64,000 bases of DNA, from the NCBI GenBank assembly GCA_038225185.1, contig JBBRFA010000002.1, forward strand, positions 2,331 to 66,330, in the 5' to 3' direction. Source of the stretch: Chthoniobacterales bacterium. GTDB taxonomy: Bacteria > Verrucomicrobiota > Verrucomicrobiia > Chthoniobacterales > DASVRZ01. Positions 27,720 to 37,312 of the stretch are shown in pieces. A program made the position numbers and the translations under genes. Position 1 is the first letter of the stretch. Each line of letters starts with the position of its first letter. A model generated the notes under the pieces. The model worked only from the letters and a program-made list of their open reading frames with translations, had not been told where the DNA came from and made no database searches.

Positions 27720-28807
27720 TTTTTCACAAAGGTTAGAAACCGTTCCTGAAACTTTTCCCTGGTGAAGTTTGCCAGAATGGTGGCGCGTCCTTCCCGGCCC
27801 ATTTGCTGGCAAATTGCGCGGTTGGCGTGGAGGTAACGGAGTTTTTCTGCCACCGCATCCGTATTTTTGCGTTCCACGCTGTAACCATTTATGCCTTCCG
27901 CAAGGGGAAATCCCGATTCGCGCGTGGCGAGAGTGGCCAGTCCGCAAGCGGCGCCTTCGAGGAGGGATTTGGCCATTCCCTCGGTGCGCGAAAGGAGAAT
28001 CTGCACATCGCAGGATTGCAACAGGGGAACGAGATCGCGGGTAAATCCATGAAAACGAATGGACTCGCCTTTGCATTCATCGAGAAGACTTTGCGCATCT
28101 GCAGCGATTTCGCCGATGACTAACAATTCCGCGTCGGGCAAGGCGGCAAGTCGCCAGGCTGCGATGACCTGCCGGATGCCTTTTCTTTCCGTGACACGTC
28201 CGCAGAAAACGAGTCGAAAGGGACGTGCAGGGTCGGGCGAAAGCGAGGGGCAAAAAGTCGCCGCATCAATGCCCCGTCCCAGAACAGCCACGCGATCCGG
28301 GGGCAGGCCGCGTTCCAAAAATGTCTCCCGCGAGTATTCCGAGGGAGCCAGGACGAGGGAGGCATCGTGGTATTCGGCCTCCATCTCGGGTGGGAGAATT
28401 TCGGGCCAGTGGGAGGTGCGATTTTTGCCACGACGAGCGGCAAAATGCAGCGTGTCGCAATTTAGAAGGCAGGGGATGTGGCCTTGTGCCGCCTTGAAGA
28501 CACTCAACGCCCGTTGTGGCCAGGCAATAACGAGGTGGTAATCGTTCTTTGCCAGCAATCTGCGAGCGAACGAGGTGATAACCCTGCGTTGCGCACCGTA
28601 ATAGAGGGGACGTGGCAGCCAGGAAACAAGATTGGCAAGGGTGTAATGGCGGGTGAAATTGACCACGGAATGAATGGAGCTGCGCCCCCGCGAAACGAGA
28701 TCCACGGTATAACCCGCCTGGCAAAGTGCGTCCAATTGCAAATCGACCACCGCATCGATGCCGACGCCGGTCATTTTTCCATCATAGACATAGAGAATGC
28801 GCTTCAT
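27704..28807 (-). CDS. Glycosyltransferase family 4
   Basis: SRTEGMAKSLLEGAACGLATLATRESG. 3' end overlaps the convergent GT4 gene by 16 nt. ATGA overlap with the upstream GT-C gene. Confidence 0.75.
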   Translation of the reverse strand: MKRILYVYDGKMTGVGIDAVVDLQLDALCQAGYTVDLVSRGRSSIHSVVNFTRHYTLANLVSWLPRPLYYGAQRRVITSFARRLLAKNDYHLVIAWPQRALSVFKAAQGHIPCLLNCDTLHFAARRGKNRTSHWPEILPPEMEAEYHDASLVLAPSEYSRETFLERGLPPDRVAVLGRGIDAATFCPSLSPDPARPFRLVFCGRVTERKGIRQVIAAWRLAALPDAELLVIGEIAADAQSLLDECKGESIRFHGFTRDLVPLLQSCDVQILLSRTEGMAKSLLEGAACGLATLATRESGFPLAEGINGYSVERKNTDAVAEKLRYLHANRAICQQMGREGRATILANFTREKFQERFLTFVKNYLAG

Positions 28808-30348
28808 GGCTCTGCGTCGGGAGAGGCGGGTAATTCATAAAGTTTTAAGCCTGGATGAAGATAGATCACCGTTGAGCGCGGACTTTCCCAAAGTAATTTT
28901 CCTTCCTTGAAAAGTCTGGTGTAAAAAGCGGTGCGGGCGGCGTGCTGCACGTCTTTATTCTCGCTGGCGACCAGGTTTTCCATGAAAAATTTTCCGTAAA
29001 CACTGGGCGATACTAACAAATGGGTAAACCCGTCCCGAAGATATTCGTCAAAGGTGGCAAAGTCGGCGGCCATGCGTTTGGTGCGAAATTTCTGAGGGAG
29101 AATCTTGGGAGAGTTATTCACGCCGGTGCCGGGGAGTCCGGCGGAACGTTCTTGCAGTATTTTTGCCGAGGCAGGTAGATGTGTGGTGATCCAGGCGGCC
29201 AGTTCCCGGCGATCATCCTTTTTAAAAGCGGTGTAGTATGTCTGTAAAGAAGGCAGGCTGCTGGCAAAGGCGAGGGCGATGCCGAGGGAAAAATAACGTT
29301 GCCAGCCAAGGGTGGTGAACAGTTTGCAAATACCGAGGGCGGCACCCAGGCAGATGAGTGGGGTAACAGCTAGAAAATAACGGTCGTTGCTTTTGGGCGA
29401 AAAAGTTAGGAGCAGGAGATAGCCGAGGCCAAAGCCGAGCATGAGCCATTCGTCGAGGGGGCGGCTTTTGCGCTGTTTCCAGGCAAACCAGAGGCAGGCG
29501 AGCAACCCGATCCAGATGAGGGGCTGGCTGTTATCGAGAAAAATCGCGGTGTATTGTCCGTGGGGCACGCTGCGGGTGACCCCGCCCTGGCCCCCTGTGG
29601 CCAGATGGATTTCGCGGGCGAAGGAGGTCTGCACGCGGTCGATGTTCCAGAGGGCGCGCTGGTTGATGGTTAGAACAACGACCGTGAGGCTGATAAAAAA
29701 AAGGAGAATGGCCTGGGAGCGTGGTAGTTTTAGTTTTACGCGGGGAATGCCGATCAACCAGATGAGCGCAACGAGAATAAGGAGGCCTCCGAGGTATTTT
29801 GCGGAGAGAGCGATGCCGGCTGCCGCACCCAGAAGCAGGATGGAAAGGCGGGTGCCAGTTCGGGAGGAATGGATCAGGGCGAGAAAAGTTAGACCGACGC
29901 CCATAAAGAGGGCGGTGTCCTCCTTGAGGTAGTGAGCTAGCTCGAAGACTTGATGATGGGGGAGGAGAAAGGCGGTGACGGCGAAAGCGCCCCAGGGGCC
30001 GCCTTTCCACCAGCCGATGCCGGCAAAGGCCAGAACGCCGATGACAGCAAAGAGGGCCGAAATCCAGCGACCGACCTCGACGATGCGTTGCGGATCGCTG
30101 CCTGCGCCGCTGAGGGTGCGGGCGAGTTCGACGCTTTCGAGCAGGAGAAGCGGGTGATGAAAATTCCACTCGCTTTGGAGGAGTTGTTTTACTTTTACCG
30201 GTTCGTCGGGATGATAGTAGTAAGGGAAATCGTTGTGCCTGGAGTAGAGCCAAAGACCGCCGAGAAGGATGATAAGGGCTAGAAGGAGGGCTTGGTAGCT
30301 GGCTAGATGGCTGGCTCGTTCACTGATTTTGGGGAGGTCGGTTGGCAA
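28804..30348 (-). CDS. GT-C fold membrane glycosyltransferase (ArnT / PMT, GT39/GT83-like)
   Basis: 514 aa with about 10 predicted TM helices. First-loop YYYHPDEPVKV resembles the GT-C D/E motif. Soluble C-terminal domain. TTG start. Confidence 0.65.
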   Translation of the reverse strand: MPTDLPKISERASHLASYQALLLALIILLGGLWLYSRHNDFPYYYHPDEPVKVKQLLQSEWNFHHPLLLLESVELARTLSGAGSDPQRIVEVGRWISALFAVIGVLAFAGIGWWKGGPWGAFAVTAFLLPHHQVFELAHYLKEDTALFMGVGLTFLALIHSSRTGTRLSILLLGAAAGIALSAKYLGGLLILVALIWLIGIPRVKLKLPRSQAILLFFISLTVVVLTINQRALWNIDRVQTSFAREIHLATGGQGGVTRSVPHGQYTAIFLDNSQPLIWIGLLACLWFAWKQRKSRPLDEWLMLGFGLGYLLLLTFSPKSNDRYFLAVTPLICLGAALGICKLFTTLGWQRYFSLGIALAFASSLPSLQTYYTAFKKDDRRELAAWITTHLPASAKILQERSAGLPGTGVNNSPKILPQKFRTKRMAADFATFDEYLRDGFTHLLVSPSVYGKFFMENLVASENKDVQHAARTAFYTRLFKEGKLLWESPRSTVIYLHPGLKLYELPASPDAEP

Positions 30349-30414
30349 GGTTTTATTTTCCCTGAACGAGGGGAGGCGTCAAACAGGAAAGTGTCCGCTT
30401 TCGCAAGTCTGGAT

Positions 30415-31587
30415 TTAGCGAAAAAACTCACGGGCTTTATCGAAGAAACTTTTGTGGAGCGGGCTGTTTTCATCGCCACAAGCTGCGGCGAAGGCTTCGA
30501 GTTTATCTTTTTGTTCGCTGTTAAGCTTGGTGGGCACTTCGACGAGGACTTGGACGATGAGATCGCCCCGGATGCGGGCGTTGAGACCCTGGATGCCTTT
30601 TTCGCGGAGGCGAAAACGGGTGCCGTTTTGAGTGCCGGCGGGGATTTTGAGGTTGGCCTTGCCTTCCAAAGTGGGGGCCTGCAATTCACCGCCGAGGGCA
30701 GCGGTGGTGAAGGAAATGGGAAGTTCGCAGTAGAGATTATCGTCGTCGCGCTGAAAAACGGGGTGTTCTTTGACGTGGATGACGACGTAAAGATCTCCGG
30801 GATCGCCACCGCGCAGGCCGGCTTCGCCGTTGCGGGAGCTGCGGAGGCGCGCCCCGTCGTCGATGCCGCCGGGGATTTTGAGTTTGATGCGACTGGTTTT
30901 TTCGACGCGACCTTCGCCCCGGCAACTTTTGCAGGGGCGTTCAATGGTGCGTCCGGTGCCGGAGCATTTGGGACAGGTCTGCGAGACTTGGAAGAATCCG
31001 CGGCTGCTGATGACTTGTCCGCGTCCCTGGCACATGGAGCAGGTGGTGACTTTGGAGCCGGGTTCGGCGCCGGTGCCGGTGCAGGTGTCGCAGGTGTCGG
31101 GCTTGGCGATTTCGATTTCTTTTTCGACGCCGAGAGCGGCTTCTTCGAGAGAGATTTGCAGGTCGTAACGCAGATCGCTGCCGCGTTGGCGTCCATCCCG
31201 GTCGGGCCGTCCACCCCCGGTGGTTTGACCGAAGATTTGCTCAAAAATGCCGCCGCCGGCACCTCCTCCGCCGCCTTGCTGGCCGAAGACTTCGCGGAAG
31301 ATATCGAAGGGATCGTGAACGCCACCGCCCCCGGCGGCGGGTCCGGCAGAGCCGCCGGCAAACGCCTGGTGACCGTAGCGATCGTAGGCGGCGCGTTTGT
31401 TTTCATCCATGAGGATTTCGTAGGCTTCGCCGAGTTCCTTGAATTTTTCCTCGGCGGTGTGATCGCCGGGATTTTTATCGGGATGAAACTGGACGGCAAG
31501 CTTGCGGTAGCTGCGTTTGATTTCGTCTCCGTTGGCCGACTTGGTGACGGAGAGAATTTCGTAATAATCGCGTTTGACGGAGGCCAT
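30415..31587 (-). CDS. dnaJ: Molecular chaperone DnaJ
   Basis: J-domain with HPDKNPGD, a G-rich region, and four CxxCxGxG zinc motifs. Confidence 0.95.
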   Translation of the reverse strand: MASVKRDYYEILSVTKSANGDEIKRSYRKLAVQFHPDKNPGDHTAEEKFKELGEAYEILMDENKRAAYDRYGHQAFAGGSAGPAAGGGGVHDPFDIFREVFGQQGGGGGAGGGIFEQIFGQTTGGGRPDRDGRQRGSDLRYDLQISLEEAALGVEKEIEIAKPDTCDTCTGTGAEPGSKVTTCSMCQGRGQVISSRGFFQVSQTCPKCSGTGRTIERPCKSCRGEGRVEKTSRIKLKIPGGIDDGARLRSSRNGEAGLRGGDPGDLYVVIHVKEHPVFQRDDDNLYCELPISFTTAALGGELQAPTLEGKANLKIPAGTQNGTRFRLREKGIQGLNARIRGDLIVQVLVEVPTKLNSEQKDKLEAFAAACGDENSPLHKSFFDKAREFFR

Positions 31588-31593
31588 GAAAGA

Positions 31594-32181
31594 TTAGGAT
31601 TCGTTGGGAGCCCCGGAGTCGGAGGGGGGTGTGGCGAGGCCGGTGGAGATGACGACGTTGGCGGGACGGAGAAGGCGATCCCGGAGTTTGTAGCCTTTGC
31701 GGATCTGGCGGATGACGCTGCCTTCGGCGACTTCGGTGGAGGTTTCCTGGGAGAGTGCTTCGTGGAGGTTGGGATCGAATTTCTGGCCTGCGGAATCGAT
31801 GGGCACAACACCGAAGTCGGTGAGAAAATCCTGGGTTTGCTTGAAGACCATATCGAGGCCGAGGAGGATGCTGGAGCCCTGTGCGTCGTTGCGGGCGGCG
31901 GCGAGGCCCATCTCGAAGTTATCGAGAATGGGGAGCAGACTTTCGAAAAGTCGGGCATTGGCGAAGCGGATGGCGTCTTCCTTTTCGCGGGCGGCACGTT
32001 TGCGGAAATTATCGAATTCGGCTTGGGAGCGCAGGGCGAGGTCGCGGTATTTGGCGGCTTCGGTAAGGGCATCGACGAGGGGATCGAAAGGCTCGGCGGC
32101 AGCGGTGAACTCCGTTGGATCGGCTGTGTCGTCTGCGGCGGCGGAGGTGTTTTCGGGTTCTTGGGATTCTTGGTTGCTCAT
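31594..32181 (-). CDS. grpE: Nucleotide exchange factor GrpE
   Basis: Start at the ATG at 32181 (MSNQESQ...). Contains LRSQAEFDNFRKR and the C-terminal GYKLRDRLLRPANVVIS. Lies 6 nt upstream of dnaJ. Confidence 0.9.
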   Translation of the reverse strand: MSNQESQEPENTSAAADDTADPTEFTAAAEPFDPLVDALTEAAKYRDLALRSQAEFDNFRKRAAREKEDAIRFANARLFESLLPILDNFEMGLAAARNDAQGSSILLGLDMVFKQTQDFLTDFGVVPIDSAGQKFDPNLHEALSQETSTEVAEGSVIRQIRKGYKLRDRLLRPANVVISTGLATPPSDSGAPNES

Positions 32182-32290
32182 GGAAAGTGGATGATGATGT
32201 TTTTTCTTGGGACCGGATTTTCGGTTTAGAAAATGGAGAAAGTCCGGTAAAGGCAAGGTGAGGATGAAGGTTGGAAATGGGGTGCGCGTT

Positions 32291-33730
32291 TCAAAGTTTT
32301 CGGATGGCGATAAGAGTAATGTCGTCGTTTTGCGGCTCGGCACCGGCAAATTCGGTGAGTTCTTCGGTCAACCTGCGCAGGACTGCCGGAGCTCCCTGCG
32401 GAGCGCTGGCTTGGACGGCCTGGACGAAGTTATCCATGCCAAATTCCATTCCCCTGTCGTCGAGAGCTTCGGTGACGCCGTCGGTGTAAAGGATGACGCA
32501 ATCTCCGCTTTCCAAGTCAAACTCGAAATCCGCTGTGACCCTATCGAAGACATCGCCGCTGTCAATTCCCAAGGCCATGCCGCGCGGGTTAAGTTTTTCC
32601 ACTGCCTGGGTGGCCGCACGGTAGAGCAAGGGTGCGTCGTGTCCGCCGCGACTCATTACGACGTGTCCGCTGCCTTGGGCGAGAACCAGGTAAGCCATAC
32701 TGATGAACATATCCTCTTTAATGTCGGGAAAAAGCTGCCGATTCACCTTGCGGAGCACGTCGGAAGGAGAGTCGTTGCCCGGTGCCTGGCTGCGGAGCAC
32801 GCTGCGACACATGGCCATGATGAGGGAGGCGGGAATGCCTTTGCCCGAGACGTCGGCGATGGCGACTCCGGTCTGGGTGGGATTCACGGCAATGTAATCG
32901 AAGTAATCTCCGCTCACCTGCTTGGCCGGGATGTTGATGCCGCTGATCTCAAACCCGTCGATATTCGGTGCGCTGGCAGGTAAAAGGATGCGTTGGATGT
33001 CGCGAGCGATGTGGAGGTCGCGGTCGAGTCGTTTTTTTTCCCCGGCTTCGTGATAGACGAGGGCGTTGTAAAGGGCGAAGCCGGATTGTTCGGAGATCGA
33101 TTTGAAGACCTCGAAGTCGGCCTCGGAGAATGGGGCGGGATCTTTGCCATTGATCAGGACAAGCACGCCCAGGAATTGGCCACTGTAAATCAGGGGCACA
33201 GCCATGAGTGCAGAAATGCGAAAAACGGATTCGCTGAGTGGGGCGAGGCGCAGGTTTTCGGGACTGGCGGTCAGATAGACCGGTTCGCGGGTTTCGAGCA
33301 AATGGCCGAGGATGCCTTCGCTTTTCTGGATGGCATGGAGCCGGATGTAGCTGTCGGCGGCCTGTGGTGCGGTGGCCACCTGTTGCACGATATGAGGTGG
33401 CACTTCGATGGGCGGCGGGCAGTTTTTTGATAAAAAAGCAGGCACCAGATGTTGTCCGGTTTTATCGACGAGATAAAGCGCCCCGCCTTCCGCTTCCAGA
33501 ATACGTGTGGCATTTTCCACAATGAGCCGGTGCAGGTCCGAGGTGCGCACATCGCCGGAAAAAGCCTCCCCCAAGCTGTGTAAAAAGTCGAAAACCCGCG
33601 ATTCTTCGAGGCGGATTTCCTCGCGTTCATGCCTTGCAGTCGCGATGAGGCGGCTTTGTCGTCGGTAAACAAAAACGAAAACCACGAGAAGCGCGGCGAA
33701 AATGAGCGTCTCGATCCAATTCCAAGTCAC
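32291..33730 (-). CDS. Membrane-anchored GAF-domain PP2C (SpoIIE/RsbU-type) serine phosphatase
   Basis: N-terminal TM helix and a GAF-like region (GGALYLVD...). PP2C motifs SGDYFDY, ADVSGKG, YTDGVTEA and DDITLIAI. Confidence 0.8.
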   Translation of the reverse strand: MTWNWIETLIFAALLVVFVFVYRRQSRLIATARHEREEIRLEESRVFDFLHSLGEAFSGDVRTSDLHRLIVENATRILEAEGGALYLVDKTGQHLVPAFLSKNCPPPIEVPPHIVQQVATAPQAADSYIRLHAIQKSEGILGHLLETREPVYLTASPENLRLAPLSESVFRISALMAVPLIYSGQFLGVLVLINGKDPAPFSEADFEVFKSISEQSGFALYNALVYHEAGEKKRLDRDLHIARDIQRILLPASAPNIDGFEISGINIPAKQVSGDYFDYIAVNPTQTGVAIADVSGKGIPASLIMAMCRSVLRSQAPGNDSPSDVLRKVNRQLFPDIKEDMFISMAYLVLAQGSGHVVMSRGGHDAPLLYRAATQAVEKLNPRGMALGIDSGDVFDRVTADFEFDLESGDCVILYTDGVTEALDDRGMEFGMDNFVQAVQASAPQGAPAVLRRLTEELTEFAGAEPQNDDITLIAIRKL

Positions 33731-33781
33731 GGCACAACAAGTAAACCGGAGGACGCTCCGGCGAAAGTAAATAAGCTCTTT

Positions 33782-34300
33782 TTATGCGTCCACCGGAGTC
33801 GCCACCTGTAGATCGATCTTAAGATACTCGAGCACATCCTTGAATCGCGCCTCGTTTTCGGGGGAAGCCGCCACCAACGCTTCGTGCGCCGCAAGCATCG
33901 TCTCGGCGGTGTTATCTTTTGAAAGTGCATTGGTTTCAAGGGTTTCCACACCGCCAGGATGAAGATTTTGCTCCACATTAGCCGTATTGATTAAAAAAAG
34001 ATGATCCAACCCAAGATTTTGCAGCAGATCGGTGTTGCGCTCGTTGGCATTGATCACATGCAGATTGCCCTGGCCCAATTCCCGAAGTCGGAGACCCATC
34101 CCAGCCAGTGTGCCCATGAAGGTGGAATCCATCACCGGACAGTTTTTCAGGTCCAAAACAAACTCCCGATGGCCGCGATTCATCATTTCACGGGCAAAAT
34201 CCTTCATTCCCTGGCTGTTTTGGAAAGAGCCTTTGCCCTCAACTTTCAGCCAGACGACCTTGTTATTGCAACCCACCAATATGGAAGCTTGTGCGCTCAC
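33782..34300 (-). CDS. STAS-domain protein (anti-sigma-factor antagonist-like) with ~60-aa C-terminal extension
   Basis: VWLKVEGKGSFQN...FVLDLKNCPVMDSTFMGTLAG...LHVINANERNTDLLQNLGLD. GTG start. Lies 51 nt upstream of the PP2C gene. Confidence 0.7.
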   Translation of the reverse strand: MSAQASILVGCNNKVVWLKVEGKGSFQNSQGMKDFAREMMNRGHREFVLDLKNCPVMDSTFMGTLAGMGLRLRELGQGNLHVINANERNTDLLQNLGLDHLFLINTANVEQNLHPGGVETLETNALSKDNTAETMLAAHEALVAASPENEARFKDVLEYLKIDLQVATPVDA

Positions 34301-34435
34301 GTTAATTTCGGGAGACCATCGTTGGGTGGCTGCGGGGTGTCAAATAGTTCCATCTTAATTAACAATACGTGCATAAACCCTGCCAAGGTGACAACTCTTT
34401 GTCGCATCCGTCCAAACTCTGTTGAATAGTGCAAA

Positions 34436-35050
34436 ATGAACCTCGACCCCGCCGAAATTCGCATTCTTGGCTGCCTTCTTGAAAAAGAACGGCACACGCC
34501 AGAATATTATCCCCTGAGCCTGCACGCGCTGACCACTGCCTGCAACCAGAGCACCAACCGCGAGCCGGTGGTCGATTATTCTGAAAAACTCGTCGAAGAC
34601 ACCCTCTACATTTTGCGCGATAAAAAAGTCGTCACCGCTGTCTTCGGTGCCGGTTCCCGCGTCCAAAAATTCCGCCATAACCTGCCCGACCTCTTTACCC
34701 TCGATCCCCGCGAAATCGCGGTGCTGACCGTTTTATTGCTCCGCGGCGCCCAGACAGTGGGCGAAATTCGTTCCCGCAGCGAACGCGTGGCCGCCTGGAA
34801 TTCGCTCGAAGAAGTGGAAACCACCCTCGCCGCACTCACCGGTGGCGACGAACCCCTGGTTCGCACCCTTCCCACCCGGCCCGGTCAGAAAGAACAACGC
34901 CACATCCATTTGTTAGGTTCCACGCCCGACGAGGATCCCGTGCCCGGGAGACCCCTGCCCGGCGGTCCCTCGCGCCTGGATCGCCTGGAGGCAGAGCTAA
35001 CGAGCCTGCGAGCCGAATTCGAGCAATTTAAAAAACAATTTGAGAGCTAG
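34436..35050 (+). CDS. yceH: YceH-like DUF480 (UPF0502) protein
   Basis: Collinear with E. coli YceH: IRILGCLLEKERHTPEYYPLSLHALTTACNQSTNREPV...LLLRGAQTVGEIRSR... Confidence 0.75.
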   Translation: MNLDPAEIRILGCLLEKERHTPEYYPLSLHALTTACNQSTNREPVVDYSEKLVEDTLYILRDKKVVTAVFGAGSRVQKFRHNLPDLFTLDPREIAVLTVLLLRGAQTVGEIRSRSERVAAWNSLEEVETTLAALTGGDEPLVRTLPTRPGQKEQRHIHLLGSTPDEDPVPGRPLPGGPSRLDRLEAELTSLRAEFEQFKKQFES

Positions 35051-35073
35051 GAACTGTTGCTGATATTTTATTT

Positions 35074-35865
35074 ATGACACCCGAAGAATCCCAACTTATC
35101 GAAGGCACTGAAGTCCGCAGCTATTTTGTGCGCCAGCGCAACGCCCTCCTCGTGCGGGCCGACGCCGGGGAAATTTTTGTCGATTACTATCTGCACTTGC
35201 ACGATCACGGCCTGCGTCACGCAGAAATCCCCGACCGGATGTTAAAGGAAACCCTGGTCGCCATGCTCCTTCATGGCACCTCGCGTCCCTGGACGGAATC
35301 CATCGCCTGGACGATCAATTTTCAAGATCCACTCCTCAACGTTTTCGTTGCCCTGGATAACAAGCTTGCCACCATCGCGGGCAACGTATTTACAAAAGAT
35401 GTCAGGGAAAATACTGTGAGCCTCTTTTACAGCGACGTGGTTAGGAGCGGGGAACAGGCCCGGCGCAGTGTGGTTAACTTCGAGGGTTCGGAAGTTTTTT
35501 CCGCCGTGGAATCCTACTATGCGCAGAGCGAGCAGCGTCTGGCGCGTTTTTTTCAACTCGACGAGGAGGATTACGTCTTCATTAGCGCACAGCCCGATTG
35601 TGATCTGGATTGGCTGGGTAGCCTTACGACGGAGGCGGTGCGCGAGATCGATAAAAGTGAGACGTTAAGTTTGCTGGAGACCCGGCGCTATCGTTGGACC
35701 TGCGGCTGCTCGGAGGAAAGATTATTACCCATGCTGGCCACAGCGATGAAAACCGACCGGGACGAATTATTTGGCGGGAACGAAAGTATTCGCATCACCT
35801 GCCCACGCTGTGGCGCGGGTTATACCATCTCCCGCGCCATGATGGATAAGTTGCACGAACCCTGA
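35074..35865 (+). CDS. hslO: Redox-regulated chaperone Hsp33
   Basis: YYAQSEQ motif and a C-terminal zinc switch CGCS...x28...CPRC. Confidence 0.7.
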   Translation: MTPEESQLIEGTEVRSYFVRQRNALLVRADAGEIFVDYYLHLHDHGLRHAEIPDRMLKETLVAMLLHGTSRPWTESIAWTINFQDPLLNVFVALDNKLATIAGNVFTKDVRENTVSLFYSDVVRSGEQARRSVVNFEGSEVFSAVESYYAQSEQRLARFFQLDEEDYVFISAQPDCDLDWLGSLTTEAVREIDKSETLSLLETRRYRWTCGCSEERLLPMLATAMKTDRDELFGGNESIRITCPRCGAGYTISRAMMDKLHEP

Positions 35866-35903
35866 AAACCGGCGAGGCCCGATTACGATCCAACTTTCCT
35901 TTT

Positions 35904-36353
35904 ATGCGAAGAATTTCGATTACCTTACGAAGTCAGCGTCTGACGGTTTTTCATGCGGAAAAAGCGGTCTATGCGTGCGTTATTTCCACTGCCCTGCGCG
36001 GTGCTGGCTCCGAGGCTGGAAGCCTGCGCACACCGACCGGGCGGTTTGCCATTGCTAAAAAAATCGGAGCGGGCCAACCCCTCGGAGCGATTTTCCGGAG
36101 TCGTGTGGCCACCGGGGAGACGATCAATCCCCAGGGGCCGGAGGATCAAATCAGCACCCGCATTTTATGGCTGGAAGGTTTGGAACCAAAAAATAAAAAC
36201 ACCTTTTCGCGCTTCATTTATCTGCACGGAACCAACGATGAAGCGTCGTTGGGCTGGCCGATGAGTCACGGCTGCGTGCGCCTGGCAAATGAGGCGATGT
36301 GGGAGGTAAGCGATCTCGTGGAGGAGGGCGACGAGGTGAGGATCGAGGGCTGA
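35904..36353 (+). CDS. L,D-transpeptidase (YkuD) catalytic-domain protein, no signal peptide
   Basis: IYLHGTNDEASLGWPMSHGCVRL matches the YkuD H-x15-SxGC(I/V)R active site. Confidence 0.75.
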   Translation: MRRISITLRSQRLTVFHAEKAVYACVISTALRGAGSEAGSLRTPTGRFAIAKKIGAGQPLGAIFRSRVATGETINPQGPEDQISTRILWLEGLEPKNKNTFSRFIYLHGTNDEASLGWPMSHGCVRLANEAMWEVSDLVEEGDEVRIEG

Positions 36354-36354
36354 G

Positions 36355-37272
36355 CTAACCTGCCGGTGATGCTGCCGGGGATGCTGCCGGTGCCTGGGTG
36401 GCAGGTGCGAGCAAACCGCGCAGGGTTTTAATCCATTCGCTAATGTTGGGATGGGTGGGATGGTTTTTAATGAGGCCGAACATCTCGCTTTTCGCACGGT
36501 TCGGTTGCTCGAGGGCGAGAAGTTCTTTGGCACGTTGCCAGAGCAGGCTGGGACGCGTGATTTTATTAAAGGTGCTTTCTTGAAAATCCAGTTTGGAAGT
36601 GGCGGCCTGGGCGGTAGCGCGCGCGATTTTCGCATCCCACCATGTGAGGAGGGCGGGATTTTTTGCCTTGCGCCAGAGGGGCAGAAGGAAACGCGTGGCG
36701 ATGCGGTCGGCATCGCCGGGGTTGGTTTCCCATTCGCCCAGATTGGTGAGATCGGGGCCGAGGTTGAGCCAGCGGGTGAAGAGGCTGTCGGTCACGGAGA
36801 CTTTCAGGAGCGATCCTTTTTCCGCGAGGGCGTCTTCCGCCTTGTCCAAGACCCGGGTGTAATCGGCCACCAGCGGGGCGAGCACCTCCTCTTTTTCGGC
36901 CTGGGCTTTGCGCAGAGTCAATCCCAGATAAAAGAGATGGAGTCTCACAGATTCGGCAAAATCCGCACTTTTAAGCATGGTTTCCTCGCTTTTTTTCCAA
37001 TCGCGAAACTGGGTGTTTTCGCGGTTGGCCCCTTGAAATTGAGTGGCCATCTGAGCATCAAGATAAAGGGTGAGGGCAGCTTCCCGGCTTCCGGCAGCCT
37101 GGTTGATGCGTTCGAGGGCGGCTTTGCGACGCGTGGAGACGGTGTTTTCGCTTTTGGCTTCGATGGCGGCCAGCTCGGCCAGAAGTGACGGGGCATCGGG
37201 CGGGGTGAGATCCTGGGCGGCGAGGGCGCAGACAAGAAAAAACGACAGGCAGACAGCGAGGGGGAGTTTCAT
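36355..37272 (-). CDS. Hypothetical secreted all-alpha protein
   Basis: Signal peptide MKLPLAVCLSFFLVCALAAQ. No recognisable family. Ala/Pro-rich C-terminus. Confidence 0.5.
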   Translation of the reverse strand: MKLPLAVCLSFFLVCALAAQDLTPPDAPSLLAELAAIEAKSENTVSTRRKAALERINQAAGSREAALTLYLDAQMATQFQGANRENTQFRDWKKSEETMLKSADFAESVRLHLFYLGLTLRKAQAEKEEVLAPLVADYTRVLDKAEDALAEKGSLLKVSVTDSLFTRWLNLGPDLTNLGEWETNPGDADRIATRFLLPLWRKAKNPALLTWWDAKIARATAQAATSKLDFQESTFNKITRPSLLWQRAKELLALEQPNRAKSEMFGLIKNHPTHPNISEWIKTLRGLLAPATQAPAASPAASPAG

Positions 37273-37312
37273 GACGAAGAGGCGGGGGGAGCCGGGGAGG
37301 AGCCGGGGGGGG

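Noticed and set aside
30303-32229. Two very long ORFs (589 aa on the minus strand, 640 aa on the plus strand) overlapping dnaJ and grpE.
   Set aside because: Their translations are low-complexity Pro/Ser/Ala or Gly/Ala/Phe strings with no motifs. The same DNA encodes unmistakable DnaJ and GrpE in another frame. These are shadow ORFs expected from high GC3 codon bias.
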